Positions 51,779-63,620 of a stretch of DNA of 64,000 nt are shown one piece after another; the first letter of the stretch is position 1; each line of letters opens with the position of its first letter. Made by a program: the position numbers and the translations under genes. Origin of the DNA: Pirellulales bacterium (GTDB lineage: Bacteria > Planctomycetota > Planctomycetia > Pirellulales > JADZDJ01); the NCBI GenBank assembly GCA_963773925.1, contig CAVZDC010000001.1, positions 88,823-152,822 of the forward strand. The letters run 5' to 3'. The notes beneath the pieces are model-generated. The model ran no database searches and was not told where the DNA came from. It was given only the letters and a program-made list of their open reading frames with translations.

Positions 51779-53585
51779 TTATTGTTCCGTGCCCGATTCC
51801 AGCACGGCGAGGAAGGCCTTCTGGGGGATGTCGACGGAGCCGATCGATTTCATCCGCTTTTTGCCTTCGCGCTGCTTGGCCCAGAGTTTGCGCTTGCGGG
51901 TGATATCGCCGCCGTAGCATTTGGCGGTCACGTTTTTGCGCATGGCGGAAATGGTTTCGCGGGCGATGATGCGGCTGCCGATGGCGGCTTGCAGGGCGAT
52001 TTCGAACATGTGGCGATCGATTTCGGTGCGCAGTTTTTTCACGATGGCCCGGCCGCGGCGGTCGGCATCGCGGCGATCGCAGATGATCGACAGGGCATCG
52101 ACTTTTTTGCCGCCGACCAAAATATCCATCCGCACCAGGTCGGCGGGCACATAGCCGATCAGTTCGTAATCCATGGTGCCGTAGCCGCGGGTGACGCTTT
52201 TCAGCTTGTCGTGCATGTCGTAAATCACTTCGGCCAGCGGCAGATCGAAAGTGATCATCGCGCGCGTGGGGCCCAGGTACTCGGTGCGCTTGTAAGTGCC
52301 GCGGCGGTCGGTGCACAGTTGCATCACCGGGCCGATGTATTCCACCGGCAGCACGAAGTTCACTCGCACGATCGGCTGGCGGAATTCTTCGATGTCGCCG
52401 GCATCGGGAACATCTTGCGGATTGTGGATTTCCAGCGTTTCGCCGTTGCGGGTGAGAATTTGATACGTGACGTTGGGCGCAGTTTGCACCAAATCGAAAT
52501 TGGCTTCCTGCTCGAGCCGCTGCTGGATAATTTCCATGTGCAACAGGCCCAGGAAGCCGCAGCGGAAGCCGAAGCCGAGCGCCTCGCTGGTTTCGGGCGA
52601 GAATTCGAAGCTGGGGTCGTTGATCGACAGCTTGGTGAGCGAATCGCGCAGTTCTTCGAAGTTCTGGCCGTCGGACGGATACAGGCCGCAATAGACCATG
52701 CGCTGCGGCGGACGATAGCCGGGCAGGGCAGGGGCGGCGTTGTCGCCGGGGACCGTGACCGTGTCGCCGATGTGAATGTCTTTGAGTTCTTTGATATTGC
52801 AGATCAGGTAGCCCACTTCGCCGGCCACGAGCTTTGCGCAGGCTTTGCGTTCGGGGACGAACTGGCCGAGCTCGAGCACTTCGTAGGTGGCCTCGGCTTT
52901 GAGGAAGCGGATTTTTTGGCCCTTTTCGACGGCGCCTTGCATCAACCGCACATAGGCGATGGCGCCGCGGTAGTCGTCGTAGTGCGAATCGAACAACATC
53001 GCTTGCAGCGGGGCGGCGGGATCGCCTTGCGGCGGCGGAATGCGCTCGACGATGGCTTCCAGCAGCTCCGCCACGCCGTCGCCGGTTTTGCCGCTGCACT
53101 TCAGCACTTCCTCAGGCTTAATGCCCAGCACTTGCTCCATTTCGAGCATGACTTCGTCCGGCCGGGCATGTTTCAGATCGACTTTATTGAGCACCGGAAT
53201 GATCGTGAGGTTGTGGTCCATCGCGGCCAGGGCATTGGCGACCGTTTGGGCTTCGACTCCCTGGAATGCATCGACCAGCAGAATCGCCCCCTCGCAACAG
53301 GTCAGGCTGCGCGACACTTCGTAGTGAAAATCGACGTGGCCGGGCGTGTCGATCAGGTTGAGTTCGTACTCTTCGCCGTCGTGCGTGTAGTGCATCGAGA
53401 CGGCGCGGGCTTTGATCGTAATGCCGCGCTTGCGCTCCAAGCTCCATATCGTCGAGCAACTGCTCGTGCATTTCGCGCTTTTCGACGGTGCCGGTCAGCT
53501 CGATCAACCGATCGGCCAGCGTGCTTTTGCCGTGGTCGATGTGGGCGATGATACAGAAGTTGCGGATGTGGCGGTTATCGGGCAT
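51779..53585 (-). CDS. lepA: translation elongation factor 4 (one apparent frameshift)
   Basis: [21 protein letters not shown], then ..DMEL|[10 protein letters not shown].., [10 protein letters not shown], and the C-terminal domain ([21 protein letters not shown]). The break is at the GG near 53442. Pieces 53184..53612 and 51779..53440. Confidence 0.95.
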
Positions 53586-53731
53586 TGCAGGTAGGCGGTA
53601 CGCGGGAGGCAATAGGCGGCTGGCGAGCGATTGGCCTACGGTGCCATTTTACGGATTCGGGGCGCACAAAGTTAGTCGCTGGAGTGCTAAACCGCAACGC
53701 CATTGCCTGGCGGCAAGGAAAACGTGCGATG

Positions 53732-54298
53732 TCACTCGCTGCCGGTTGAAGGCACTGCGGAAGGAAGCGACTGCACGGGCTCGCCATCGTGGAATTCGAT
53801 GAGCGATTCTTCGCCATCGAGGGACCAGGTCATCCAGGGGCCTTCGGCTCGGCCGTTGACAAAATCGCCTTCCATCGCTTCGCGGCCGTCGGGGTACCAA
53901 AAAATCCAGTGACCGGTTTCGACGCCGTCTTTGAAATCGCCTTCGCTCAGTTTGTTTCCTTGGGCATCGCGGCGAATCCAGTGACCGTAGGGAAGGCCAT
54001 TTCGCAATTCGCCGTCGTAGGTCAACCGTCGACCATGCATGCCGTTATGGCGGGCCCAGGGGCGCGGATCGAAGATGATCATTTCGTCGCCGGGTTGCTT
54101 GATCTTGTCGAAGTATTGCTGGGCGACGGACTGACCGGGGGGCAGCGGAAAATTCAGAACCTCGAAGGGCATGAATGGAACGGCTTTCGGCGTTTCACCA
54201 GGTCGCCGCAATTCACCGTAGGCCGAGTTGGGCACGTAAATGCAGTGCGCGAAGTAGGCATTCACGGCGTCGACGTAGAACGTGGCTGGATACACCAA
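53732..54298 (-). CDS. MORN/YwqK-type repeat protein
   Basis: Repeats of the form G.L.NG..YGHW....DGN...EGDF.DG...G.W.FWYPDG....EG.F.NG...G.W. The TTG/GTG start has no obvious N-terminal signal. The ORF overlaps the upstream ORF by 86 nt. Confidence 0.55.
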   Translation of the reverse strand: MVYPATFYVDAVNAYFAHCIYVPNSAYGELRRPGETPKAVPFMPFEVLNFPLPPGQSVAQQYFDKIKQPGDEMIIFDPRPWARHNGMHGRRLTYDGELRNGLPYGHWIRRDAQGNKLSEGDFKDGVETGHWIFWYPDGREAMEGDFVNGRAEGPWMTWSLDGEESLIEFHDGEPVQSLPSAVPSTGSE

Positions 54299-55184
54299 GA
54301 AGCGCGATCGCCAGTAACTGGGCGAGCGGGCTGCATTTTTTCAGTGCGGTGCGCGGCCAATCGCGCCAGGGAGTGATGAGCACCAGGCCAGCGAGCATCA
54401 GCGCAACGTTCCATCCCACCAGATTGCACAGGGGCATTCGGCAATTCCACAGCAGAATGCCGCCGTGCAGCACGAAAGCGATGATGCCTACCAACCAGCG
54501 CAGCGGCGGGAACAGGCACATGATGCCCAGCAGCATTTCTGTCGCGGCGATGGTCCAGCCGACTGCCACGGCAAAGGTGTGCGTGCTCCAGTGGTAATGT
54601 TCCGGCGGGAACATGCGGGCCAAATCCAGCGGAACGATGTCGTGCACGAAGCCGAGCAAATCCTCGGGCTTGATGAAGTCGATGATCAATTTATGAAAGC
54701 CCGCCCAAAACCACAGCGCGATGAGGTTGGCTCGGCCCACAAGCTGTGCGCCGGAGCTGGGGAGCGTGGCCAATATCAGTAGGCCGATTTGATAGTGGGG
54801 CTGCAGGCGAGTGCGATCCATCAGTACCGCCAGCAACCAGATGATTCCCAGTGCCGTCAAACCGGTGCGGGGCAAAAATAACACCAGCACGAAGGCTGCG
54901 ATTAGCAAACCGCCCACGTCGAATTGCGGCAGCCAGTCCCAGGCAGGCAGCATGGGTGCCAATTGGGCGTCGGTGGGTTGATGACGCCAGATCATGTGGA
55001 AGTCGGGCGTGGCGAATTTCCAGGGGTGCCAGTCGGGGGCCGAACGCACCTGCCAGACATTCCAGGTGACGACGACGGTATAGATGCCAGACCGCCACCA
55101 GCAGCCAGCGATACAAATCAGATTGCGCTGGGGGCCGCGTGGCAGGGGGATCGATTTCAGAAGGTTGGCGGCGAAATTCGACAT
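54213..55184 (-). CDS. polytopic membrane protein (hypothetical)
   Basis: At least 7 hydrophobic helices (..GLLIAAFVLVLFL.., ..ALGIIWLLAVLM.., ..LIALWFWAGFHKLI.., ..GIIAFVLHGGILLW..). The 3' end is uncertain because of the overlap with 53732..54298. Confidence 0.5.
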   Translation of the reverse strand: MSNFAANLLKSIPLPRGPQRNLICIAGCWWRSGIYTVVVTWNVWQVRSAPDWHPWKFATPDFHMIWRHQPTDAQLAPMLPAWDWLPQFDVGGLLIAAFVLVLFLPRTGLTALGIIWLLAVLMDRTRLQPHYQIGLLILATLPSSGAQLVGRANLIALWFWAGFHKLIIDFIKPEDLLGFVHDIVPLDLARMFPPEHYHWSTHTFAVAVGWTIAATEMLLGIMCLFPPLRWLVGIIAFVLHGGILLWNCRMPLCNLVGWNVALMLAGLVLITPWRDWPRTALKKCSPLAQLLAIALLGVSSHVLRRRRECLLRALHLRAQLGLR

Positions 55185-55488
55185 TGTGTTTGCCCCCCGG
55201 AAAAGTGTCAGGGAAGACCGATCTCTCAATCATAGCTCCGAGGCTGAAAACGCTGGGTCGGCAACTGCGGCAAAAGGGCTCAAAAAGGCCGTAAAACCCC
55301 CAGTTTTCTTGCTTTGCCATTTTCCCGCTATTAGACTGAAATCTTCCGGGATAGTGTTCGCTAAAAACCTATCCTTGAACAGAATCAAAGAGCGCGCTCC
55401 CCACTGCGGTGATGTGCAACAAGTGCGCGACACAAGGTGGGGGCGTGCCGGAAAGCAACGCGGAAAAGCAGCAGGAGATGATTGCTTC

Positions 55489-56933
55489 ATGGCTTCGCAC
55501 CGCTTGATTGTTTATGCCGCTGGTTTTTTGGTGGGGATGGCATTGGCGCTGAGCGGGGAGGTTGCCCACGCGCAGGCGACGACCACTACCACCACCACCA
55601 CCACGACCAATGTGACCAACGTCACAACCACCACGCCGATTGCCGGCGTGCTGGTCGATCCCAACGGTGTTCTGCGCACGCAGATCTACATGGATCAAAC
55701 CGGGCAGTTGATGTGGCAGCGGATGGCCGCCGCCAAAGCGCAACTGAATCCGAAATTGGCCAAGCCCAGCCCGATGCGGAAGATTTCACTAACGCGCCTG
55801 GACGCGGCAATTCGAGAGAAGCAAAAGGCCGGCGAGAAACCGACCGACGAGATGAAGAACCTCGCGGGCCTGACGCGGGTGCAGTATGTGTTTTATTATC
55901 CCGACACAAAAGACATTGTGATTGCCGGGCCAGCCGAAGGCTGGGCGGCGGATTTATCGGGCCGGGTGCGGATTGAGCTCCGGACGGCCGGTCGTGCAAT
56001 TGGATGATTTGGTCACTGCGTTGTGCGCATTTCCGCCGGGGGGCAGCAACGACACGCCGGTAATCAGTTGCTCGATCGACCCGACGAAGGAAGGCTTGCA
56101 GCGGATGCAAGATTTTCTGCGGCATACAGGTTCGCGCTTGTCGGCCGCCACCGCGCAAAGCCAAACGCAAGAAATCGTGACCGGATTAAAGGAGAGCTTG
56201 GGGCTGCAATCGGTGCGCATCACCGGCGTGCCGGCCACAACGCATTTCGCACAAGTGCTGGTCGAGGCCGATTATCGCATGAAGTTGATCGGCATCGGGC
56301 TGGAACGGCCGCCCGTGAAGCAATTCGTCAATTATGTCGATCGAGCGAATCCGCGAATGGTAGGCCGCAACGCGCTGCAGCGATGGTACTTTGTGCCCGA
56401 TTACGAATGCGTGCGCGAAGCGGCCGACGGCCTGGCGATGGAAATGGTCGGCAACGGCGTGAAGTTGGTGAACGCCGACGAGATTGTTTCGGCTGACGGT
56501 TCGCGGGTGAAATCGAAGCGCCATCGACGCCGCCAGCCGCGCGTTCACCGAAGCGTTCACTAAGAAATATGCCGATCTGGCCAACGTGATTCCGGTGTAT
56601 TCGCAGTTGCGCAACTGCATCGATCTGGCGGTGGCGGCGGCATTCATTCAAGAGAAAGATTTTTACGGCAAGGCGGGGTTGAAATCGTTGTTCGGCGACG
56701 AGGACACTTATCCCGTGCGAACGCTGACTGCGCCGCAGCAAGTGGAATCGGCCGTGACCAGCGTGTTCAAGGGGAGCACGCTGATGACGCCGATCGGCGG
56801 CGGCGTGCACATCGAGCCGGCCCTGGCGCTGCGGGAATCAAATTTGCTGCACGACGACGACGGCAAGGTGGAAAAAGCCCGCGAAAACATCGATCTGCAG
56901 AATCTGCAGAAAGACCAGTGGTGGTGGGACTAG
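55489..56933 (+). CDS. secreted planctomycete-type protein with poly-Thr linker (possibly DUF1598; two apparent frameshifts)
   Basis: Signal MASHRLIVYAAGFLVGMALALSGEVAHA, then T10-NVTNV-T4. Pieces 55084..56007, 55922..56563 and 56586..56933. The breaks are near 55967 and 56512. It ends ..KDQWWWD*. Confidence 0.6.
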
Positions 56934-56937
56934 GCAA

Positions 56938-56958
56938 GGGTTCAGAGTTCGGGGTTCG
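56938..56958 (+). repeat. reverse-complement copy of the CCTGAAC family
   Basis: GGGTTCA GAGTTCG GGGTTCG, directly after the stop at 56933. Confidence 0.65.
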
Positions 56959-56969
56959 GAATTGCAAAG

Positions 56970-56995
56970 CCGGCGATTGCATCGCCGGTTTTTTT
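56970..56995 (+). terminator. rho-independent terminator shared by convergent genes
   Basis: CCGGCGAT-tgc-ATCGCCGG followed by TTTTTTT. The repaired glycerate-kinase stop (56994-56996) lies in the T-run. Confidence 0.75.
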
Positions 56996-58371
56996 ATGCG
57001 CTGTCGGTGACCACCACTCGCACGTCGCAGACATTGGTATTGGTGGGGCCGGTTTTGATCAGTGCGTCTAGCGGTTCGAAAAAATCGGTAAGCGTCGTTG
57101 CGGCGGAGGACACCTGCGGCATCTAATTTCAACTGCTGTGCGCTGATCGATCACTTCGGCATCGACAAATGCGCCTGCGGCGTCGGTCGGGCCATCTTCG
57201 CCGTCGGTGCCTGCGGAAAGAATTGCCACTCCGCGCGGATCGATTTCAGCCAGACGAATCAGGGCTGCTAGAACGGTTTGTTGATTTCGGCCGCCCAGGC
57301 CGCGTTGGTTCTCCGGCGCCAGTTTCACGGTGCCTTCGCCGCCGCTGATGAAACACTTGGCGCCCGGCGTGGAGCGCAGATGTGCCGCCATGTCGGCCAG
57401 GTGCCGGCCGATTGGCTCGACCGGTCCTTCGAGCTTCGAAGCGCAGGCGGTGGTGGTGGAATAACCCAGTCGCTCGGCTTCGATTGCGGTGGATGCGACT
57501 GCGGTGGCGTTGTTGCCGAGCACATAGTGAGTCAAATGGGGACTGCGAAATGTGGAATGGGGAATGTTTGGCTGGGCGGTTTTTGCACGCAGGGCTTCGA
57601 AGACTGTGGCCGGAATTGTTTGATGCTGTGGATCGAAATGTTCCAGGATTTCGAGCGCTTGCTGCGGCGTGGAGGCGGCGGGAACGGTGGGGCCTGACGC
57701 GATCAGATCGAGCGGATCGCCCAGCACGTCGGAAATGATCAAAGTTAACAAGCGGCCGGCGGAACAGGCGCGGGCCAACCCGCCGCCGGTGATGCGATTG
57801 AGCTGCTTGCGCACGGTGTTGAGCTGGCGAATGTCGGCGCCGGCGGCACTAAGGAATTGCGTGACCGCGACTAGGTCGGCGAGCGTGACGCCTTCGATCG
57901 GCGCAGGCAAAAGCACCGAGCCGCCACCGGACACCAACGCGATGCACAAATCGTCGGGACCGAGCGAGGAAACGATTTGCAACATCTGCTGGGCGCCAGC
58001 GATGCCTGCGGCCGTAGGCTCGTTTGCTTTGGGGGGCCGGGCGGCATGCAGATGAATGCGGTGGAGCTTTCGCGCGCAATCGGCCGGCACGTTCACCCAG
58101 CCGGTGAGTTGTTTTTTCGCCATCAGTCTTGGACCGAGAATCTCCTCCAAAGCTGCGGCCATGCCCGCCCCGGCCTTGCCCGCACCGACTGCGGCAATCC
58201 GCCGAACGCCGGCCAAATCGACCACTTCCGGTCGATTCTTTGCCAAGGAGGAGCTTGCCGGACTTCGAAGTGGAGATGGTTCTGCATCAATCGCTCGGAT
58301 CGGGCAGCTTCCAATCCGGCTTGCCAGATGCGGACTGCGTCGGCGCGAAGTTCCGCGGAAGAGCGTGTCAT
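56994..58371 (-). CDS. glycerate kinase of the DUF4147/MOFRL type (three apparent frameshifts)
   Basis: GAGKAGAGMA, LVSGGGSVLL, GGEGTVKL, LSAGTDGEDGPTDAAGAFVD, and a tail ..NDAYRFFEPLDALIKTGPTNTNVCDVRVVVV. Pieces 58123..58371, 57068..58246 and 56767..57132. The breaks are near 58250, near 57135 and at the A6 run 57079-57084. Confidence 0.8.
57535..57568 (-). repeat. ATTCCCC-family tract inside the glycerate kinase coding sequence
   Basis: The sense strand reads ATTCCCC ATTCCAC ATTTCGC AGTCCCC ATTT, translated as ..PNIPHSTFRSPHL.. An 18-nt stretch (57549-57566) is identical, as reverse complement, to 12753-12770. Confidence 0.7.
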
Positions 58372-58419
58372 TATTTATGCGGTTCCTGTGACGACGAATC
58401 GGCGTCTGCTACATTGCGC

Positions 58420-59616
58420 ATGAGCGCTGCGACGTCCAAAATTCTAACTCTCAACGCCGGCTCTTCGAGCATCAAATTCGCAATGTTTGAGCACGAAGCT
58501 GGTTTGGCTCGGCTGATATCCGGCGAAATTGAGCGCATCGGAACGGACCAATCGGCATTGACGATGAAGAATGCCACGGGCTGGCGCGAAATGCAGTCGG
58601 TGAAGGCGGCCAATTCGGCGGAGGCGGTAAAACATATTCTCCAAGCGGTGCGGGTTCAGGGTGGCGTGCAAGAGATTTCGGTGGTGGGGCATCGGCTGGT
58701 GCATGGAGGACCACAGCACTTTAAGCCTGAGATGGTGACCGTCAAATTGCTTGGCGACCTGCGACGGCTTGCGGAGCTGGATCCGGACCATCTGCCGCGG
58801 GAGATCAAATTGATCACCGCCGTGGCCCAACTGGAACCGCACTGGCGACAGGTGGTGTGCTTCGATACCGCGTTTCACGAGCACATGCCGCTGGTGGCAC
58901 AATGGCTGGCGATTCCGCGGCGCTATTATTCGCAGGGGGTGCGGCGGTACGGTTTTCACGGCCTGTCGTACAGCTATCTGATACAACAGTTGGCGCGCCT
59001 GGCCGGGCCGAACGCGGCGCAAGGGCGCGTCGTGCTGGCGCACCTGGGGAGCGGTTCCAGCTTGGCGGCGGTGCACGGGGGCAAGAGCATCGACACGACG
59101 ATGGGCTTCACGCCGGCCTCGGGCGTGCCGATGGGCACGCGCAGCGGCGATCTCGATCCGGGAATCGTCGATTATCTGGCGCGCTGCGAAAACATGACGC
59201 CCGCGCAGTTCCAGCAAATGGTGAATCGTGAATCGGGTTTGTTGGGCGTTTCGGAAATCAGCGCCGACATGCGCGACTTGATGGCTCGCGAGGCAAGCGA
59301 CGCGCGGGCTGCTGAAGCGGTCGATCTTTACTGCTACGGGGTTCACAAAGCGATCGGCGCGCTGGCTGCGGCAATGAATGGGATTGACACGCTAGTGTTC
59401 AGCGGCGGCATCGGCGAAAACGCGCCAAAGATAAGGCATCGGATTTGCAAGGGATTGCAATTCATCGGCGTCGTTCTGGATGATGCATTGAATAATCAGT
59501 CGGCGCAAACGATCTCTGCCGCCGATGCAAGCGTGGCCGTGTGGGTTATTCCGACGGATGAAGAACAAGTGATCGCGCAGTCGGTAATCAACCTTCTAAG
59601 CGAAAAGGCCGGGTGA
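58420..59616 (+). CDS. ackA: acetate kinase
   Basis: [69 protein letters not shown]. Confidence 0.9.
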   Translation: MSAATSKILTLNAGSSSIKFAMFEHEAGLARLISGEIERIGTDQSALTMKNATGWREMQSVKAANSAEAVKHILQAVRVQGGVQEISVVGHRLVHGGPQHFKPEMVTVKLLGDLRRLAELDPDHLPREIKLITAVAQLEPHWRQVVCFDTAFHEHMPLVAQWLAIPRRYYSQGVRRYGFHGLSYSYLIQQLARLAGPNAAQGRVVLAHLGSGSSLAAVHGGKSIDTTMGFTPASGVPMGTRSGDLDPGIVDYLARCENMTPAQFQQMVNRESGLLGVSEISADMRDLMAREASDARAAEAVDLYCYGVHKAIGALAAAMNGIDTLVFSGGIGENAPKIRHRICKGLQFIGVVLDDALNNQSAQTISAADASVAVWVIPTDEEQVIAQSVINLLSEKAG

Positions 59617-59620
59617 ATTT

Positions 59621-62012
59621 ATGGAAGCGCCACTTTCCGACGACCTGCTGACAAAGATGAACGCCTATTGGCGGGCGGCGAATTATCTGTCGGTCGGGCA
59701 GATTTATTTGATGGATAATCCGCTGTTGAAGCTGCCGCTGGTGCGCAAGCACATCAAGCCGCGCTTGCTAGGGCATTGGGGCACCACGCCCGGGTTGAAT
59801 TTCATCTACGTGCATTTGAACCGCGCCATCAAGCAGCACGACTTGAACATGATCTATGTGACCGGGCCGGGGCACGGCGGGCCGGCGCTGGTAGCCAACG
59901 TGTATTTGGAAGGCACGTACAGCGAGTTTTATCCCAACGTTTCGCAGGACGAAGCGGGCATGAAGCGGCTGTTCATGCAATTCTCGTTTCCCGGCGGCAT
60001 TCCCAGCCACGTGGCGCCCGAAACGCCCGGCTCGATTCACGAAGGGGGGGAGTTGGGCTACTCGCTTGCGCACGCCTATGGGGCGGTGTTCGATCATCCC
60101 GACTTGCTGGTGACGTGCGTGGTGGGCGATGGCGAAGCGGAAACCGGTCCGCTGGCCACTTCGTGGCACTCCAACAAGTTTTTGAATCCGGCGACCGACG
60201 GGGCGGTGCTGCCGATATTGCACTTGAACGGATACAAAATCGCCGGGCCGACGGTTTTGGCACGCATTAGCCGCGCGGAGCTGAAAGAACTTCTGCGCGG
60301 GTACGGCTACGAGCCGCACTTCGTGGAAGGGGACGATCCGCTGCCGATGCATCAAAAGATGGCGGTGACGCTCGACAAGGTGCTGGCGGAGATTCGGCAC
60401 ATTCAAAAAAAGGCGCGGTCGGATGGATTTAAAGAGCGGCCGCGGTGGCCGATGATCGTGCTGGTCACGCCTAAAGGTTGGACCGGACCGAAAAAAGTCG
60501 ACGGCCAACAAGTGGAAGGCACGTTCCGTGCGCACCAGGTGCCGCTGGCAGAAATGAATAAGCCGGAGCACGTGAAAATGCTCGAAGAGTGGATGCGCAG
60601 CTACCAGCCGGAGGAATTATTCGATGAGCGCGGTCGGCTGCGGCCGGAACTGGCGGCGCTGGCGCCGGAGGGCCAACGGCGAATGGGAGCCAATCCATAT
60701 GCCAACGGCGGGATTTTACTGCGCGATTTGCGGATGCCCGATTTCCACGATTATGCCGTGGAAGTGCCGCGGCCGGGAGCGGTGGATGCCGAGGCCACGC
60801 GCGTGCAAGGCGAAATGATCCGCGATATTTTGCGGGTCAATCGCGAAAGCCGCAATTTCCGCGTATTCAGCCCGGACGAAACCATGTCGAACCGCTGGAG
60901 CGCGGTGTTTGAGGAAACCAGTCGGTGCTCGACGGCCGAAATTCTGCCCAGCGACGATCACGTCGCCGCCGACGGCCGGGTGATGGAAATGCTCAGCGAG
61001 CATCAGTGCCAGGGGTGGCTGGAGGGATATCTGCTCACCGGCCGGCATGGATTTTTCTCGTGCTACGAGGCGTTCATTCACATCATCGATTCAATGTTCA
61101 ACCAGCACGCCAAATGGCTGAAAGTTACGCGCGACATATTGTGGCGGCGGCCGATTGCCTCGCTGAATTATCTGTTGTCGTCGCACGTGTGGCGGCAAGA
61201 TCACAACGGATTTTCCCATCAGGACCCCGGCTTCATCGATCACGTGGTGAACAAGAAGGCGGACGTGATTCGCATCTATCTGCCGCCGGACACCAACTGC
61301 TTGTTGAGCGTGACCGACCATTGTCTGCGCAGCCGCAATTATGTGAACGTGATCGTGGCGGGCAAGCAACCTTCGCCGCAGTGGCTGACGATGGACCAGG
61401 CGGTGAAACACTGCACGGAAGGGATCGGCATCTGGGATTGGGCCTCCAACGATCAGCACGGCGAGCCCGACGTGGTGATGGCCTGCTGCGGCGACGTGCC
61501 TACGCAGGAAACGCTGGCGGCGGTGGACCTAATGCGGCGGGAATTGCCCGAACTGAAAGGTGCGCGTGATTAACGTGGTCGACCTGATGCGGTTGCAGCC
61601 GCCCAGCGAGCATCCGCACGGGCTGCCCGACGTTGAGTTCGACGCTTTGTTTCCACCTGATACGCCGACAATTTTCGCATTCCACGGCTACCCGTGGCTG
61701 ATTCACCGCCTGGCGTATCGCCGGCACAACCACAATCACTTGCACGTGCGCGGCTACAAAGAGGAGGGAACCACCACCACGCCATTCGACATGACGGTGC
61801 GGAATAACCTGGACCGGTTCGATCTGGTGAGCGACGTGATCGACCGGGTGCCCAAGCTGGGGCCTCACGCGGCATATCTGAAGCAGTCGCTGCGCGACAA
61901 GTTGGTAGACCACGCGAACTACATTCGCATTCACGGCGACGATATGCCGGAAGTGCGCGACTGGCGCTGGGGCAAATACAGCAAGGCAGGAATAACGACT
62001 GCGGCAACGTGA
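59621..62012 (+). CDS. xfp: xylulose-5-phosphate/fructose-6-phosphate phosphoketolase (one apparent frameshift)
   Basis: [44 protein letters not shown], and a tail [12 protein letters not shown]...[11 protein letters not shown]. The break is at the GG near 61556. Pieces 59621..61573 and 61560..62012. Confidence 0.95.
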
Positions 62013-62044
62013 CGTGCTACGGCGACGCAAAGTGCTGCGACGAG

Positions 62045-63620
62045 TTAGGGCCCGGCGGCTTGGGTTTCTTTGCCCGCGGCGTCGGCGTATTTGGAGAAGT
62101 TCTCGTGGAACAGACCGGCGAGTTTTTGGGCCGCGGCTTCGTACGCGGCGCGATCTTTCCAGGTGGCGGCCGGCCGCATAATTGAATCCGGCACATTTGG
62201 GCAGCGCGTGCAGTAGTCGAGCTTGAAATGCTCGTCGCGCTGGGTGGGTGCGTCGATCAAGGCGCCGGCGTGGATGGCGTCGATAATCGCGCGTGTGTGG
62301 CTAAGCTTGATCCGCGATCCGCTGCCGAACGCCCCACCCGACCAGCCGGTGTTCACCAGCCAGGCCTGCGATTTGTGTTTGCGCAATTTCTCGGCCAGCA
62401 TTTTGGCGTAGACGGCCGGATGCCGCACCAGGAAGGCGGCGCTGTAGCAGGCAGAGAAGGCTGCTTGCGGATCTTTCACACCTTCCTCGGTGCCGGCCAC
62501 GCGGGCTGTGTAGCCGGCGAGAAAATGATACATGGCTTGTTCGGGGGTCAAGCGGCTGACCGGCGGCAGAACTCCGAAGGCATCGCAGGTGAGAAAAATG
62601 ATGTTCGACGGATGGTTGCCGATGCAGGGCACCTTGGCGTTGGCAATGTATTCGATGGGGTAGGCGGCGCGCGTGTTTTCGGTGATGGCGGCACTACGAA
62701 AATCGACCGCGCGAGTTTCCTCATCGTACACGACGTTTTCCAGCACCGTGCCGAAGCGGATGGCGTCGTAGATCTCCGGCTCGCTTTCCCGCGTCAGGTT
62801 GATGCACTTGGCGTAGCAGCCGCCTTCGATGTTAAAAATTCCTTCGTCGCTCCAGCAATGTTCGTCGTCGCCGATCAGCCGGCGGCGCGGGTCGGCCGAG
62901 AGGGTGGTCTTGCCGGTGCCCGAAAGACCAAAGAACAGCGACACATCGCCTTGCGGCCCTTCGTTGGCGCTGCAGTGCATCGACAGCACGCCGCGGCCGG
63001 GCATCACATAATGCATCAGGGTGAACACGCCTTTTTTCATTTCGCCGGCGTATTCAGTTCCGAGGATCACCATTTCGCGGCGCTCCAGGCTGATATCGAT
63101 ACTGGTGCGCGAGGTCATTTGGTGCGTGTGCGGATTGGCGGGAAACTGGCCGGCGTTGTAGATCACGTAATCGGGATCGCCGAACGTGCCCGATTCTTCC
63201 GGCGTCGGCCGAATCAGCATGTTGCGCATGAACAGCGCGTGGTAAGCGCGGCGCAAATCACACGCACCTTGATACGGTAGCGAGGATCCCAGCCGGCATA
63301 TCCATCGACCACGTAAAGCTGCTCGCGCGTGTTCAAGTAATCGATGGCCCGCTGGCGATTGATGACGAACACCTGTTCGTCGAGCTTGATATTCACGGGC
63401 CCCCACCACACGCTGCCGCTGCTATCGGGATGATCGACGATGCGTTTATCCAGCGGGCTGCGACCGGTTTTTTTCCCGGAGCCGATGATGAGCGCACCGC
63501 TGTCGGCGATGGCGGCATGCTCCAGGATGACGGCATCTTCATAGAGCGGCGCGGGGCGCGTTGCGGACCGCGAACTCCGCGTCGATTTCGTGCCGCGACA
63601 GATCGAGCATTTGAGCCATC
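62045..63620 (-). CDS. pckA: phosphoenolpyruvate carboxykinase (ATP) (two apparent frameshifts)
   Basis: [50 protein letters not shown]. Pieces 63214..63657 and 62045..63409, plus an N-terminus [16 protein letters not shown] (ATG 63620). The breaks are near 63253 and 63560. Confidence 0.95.
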
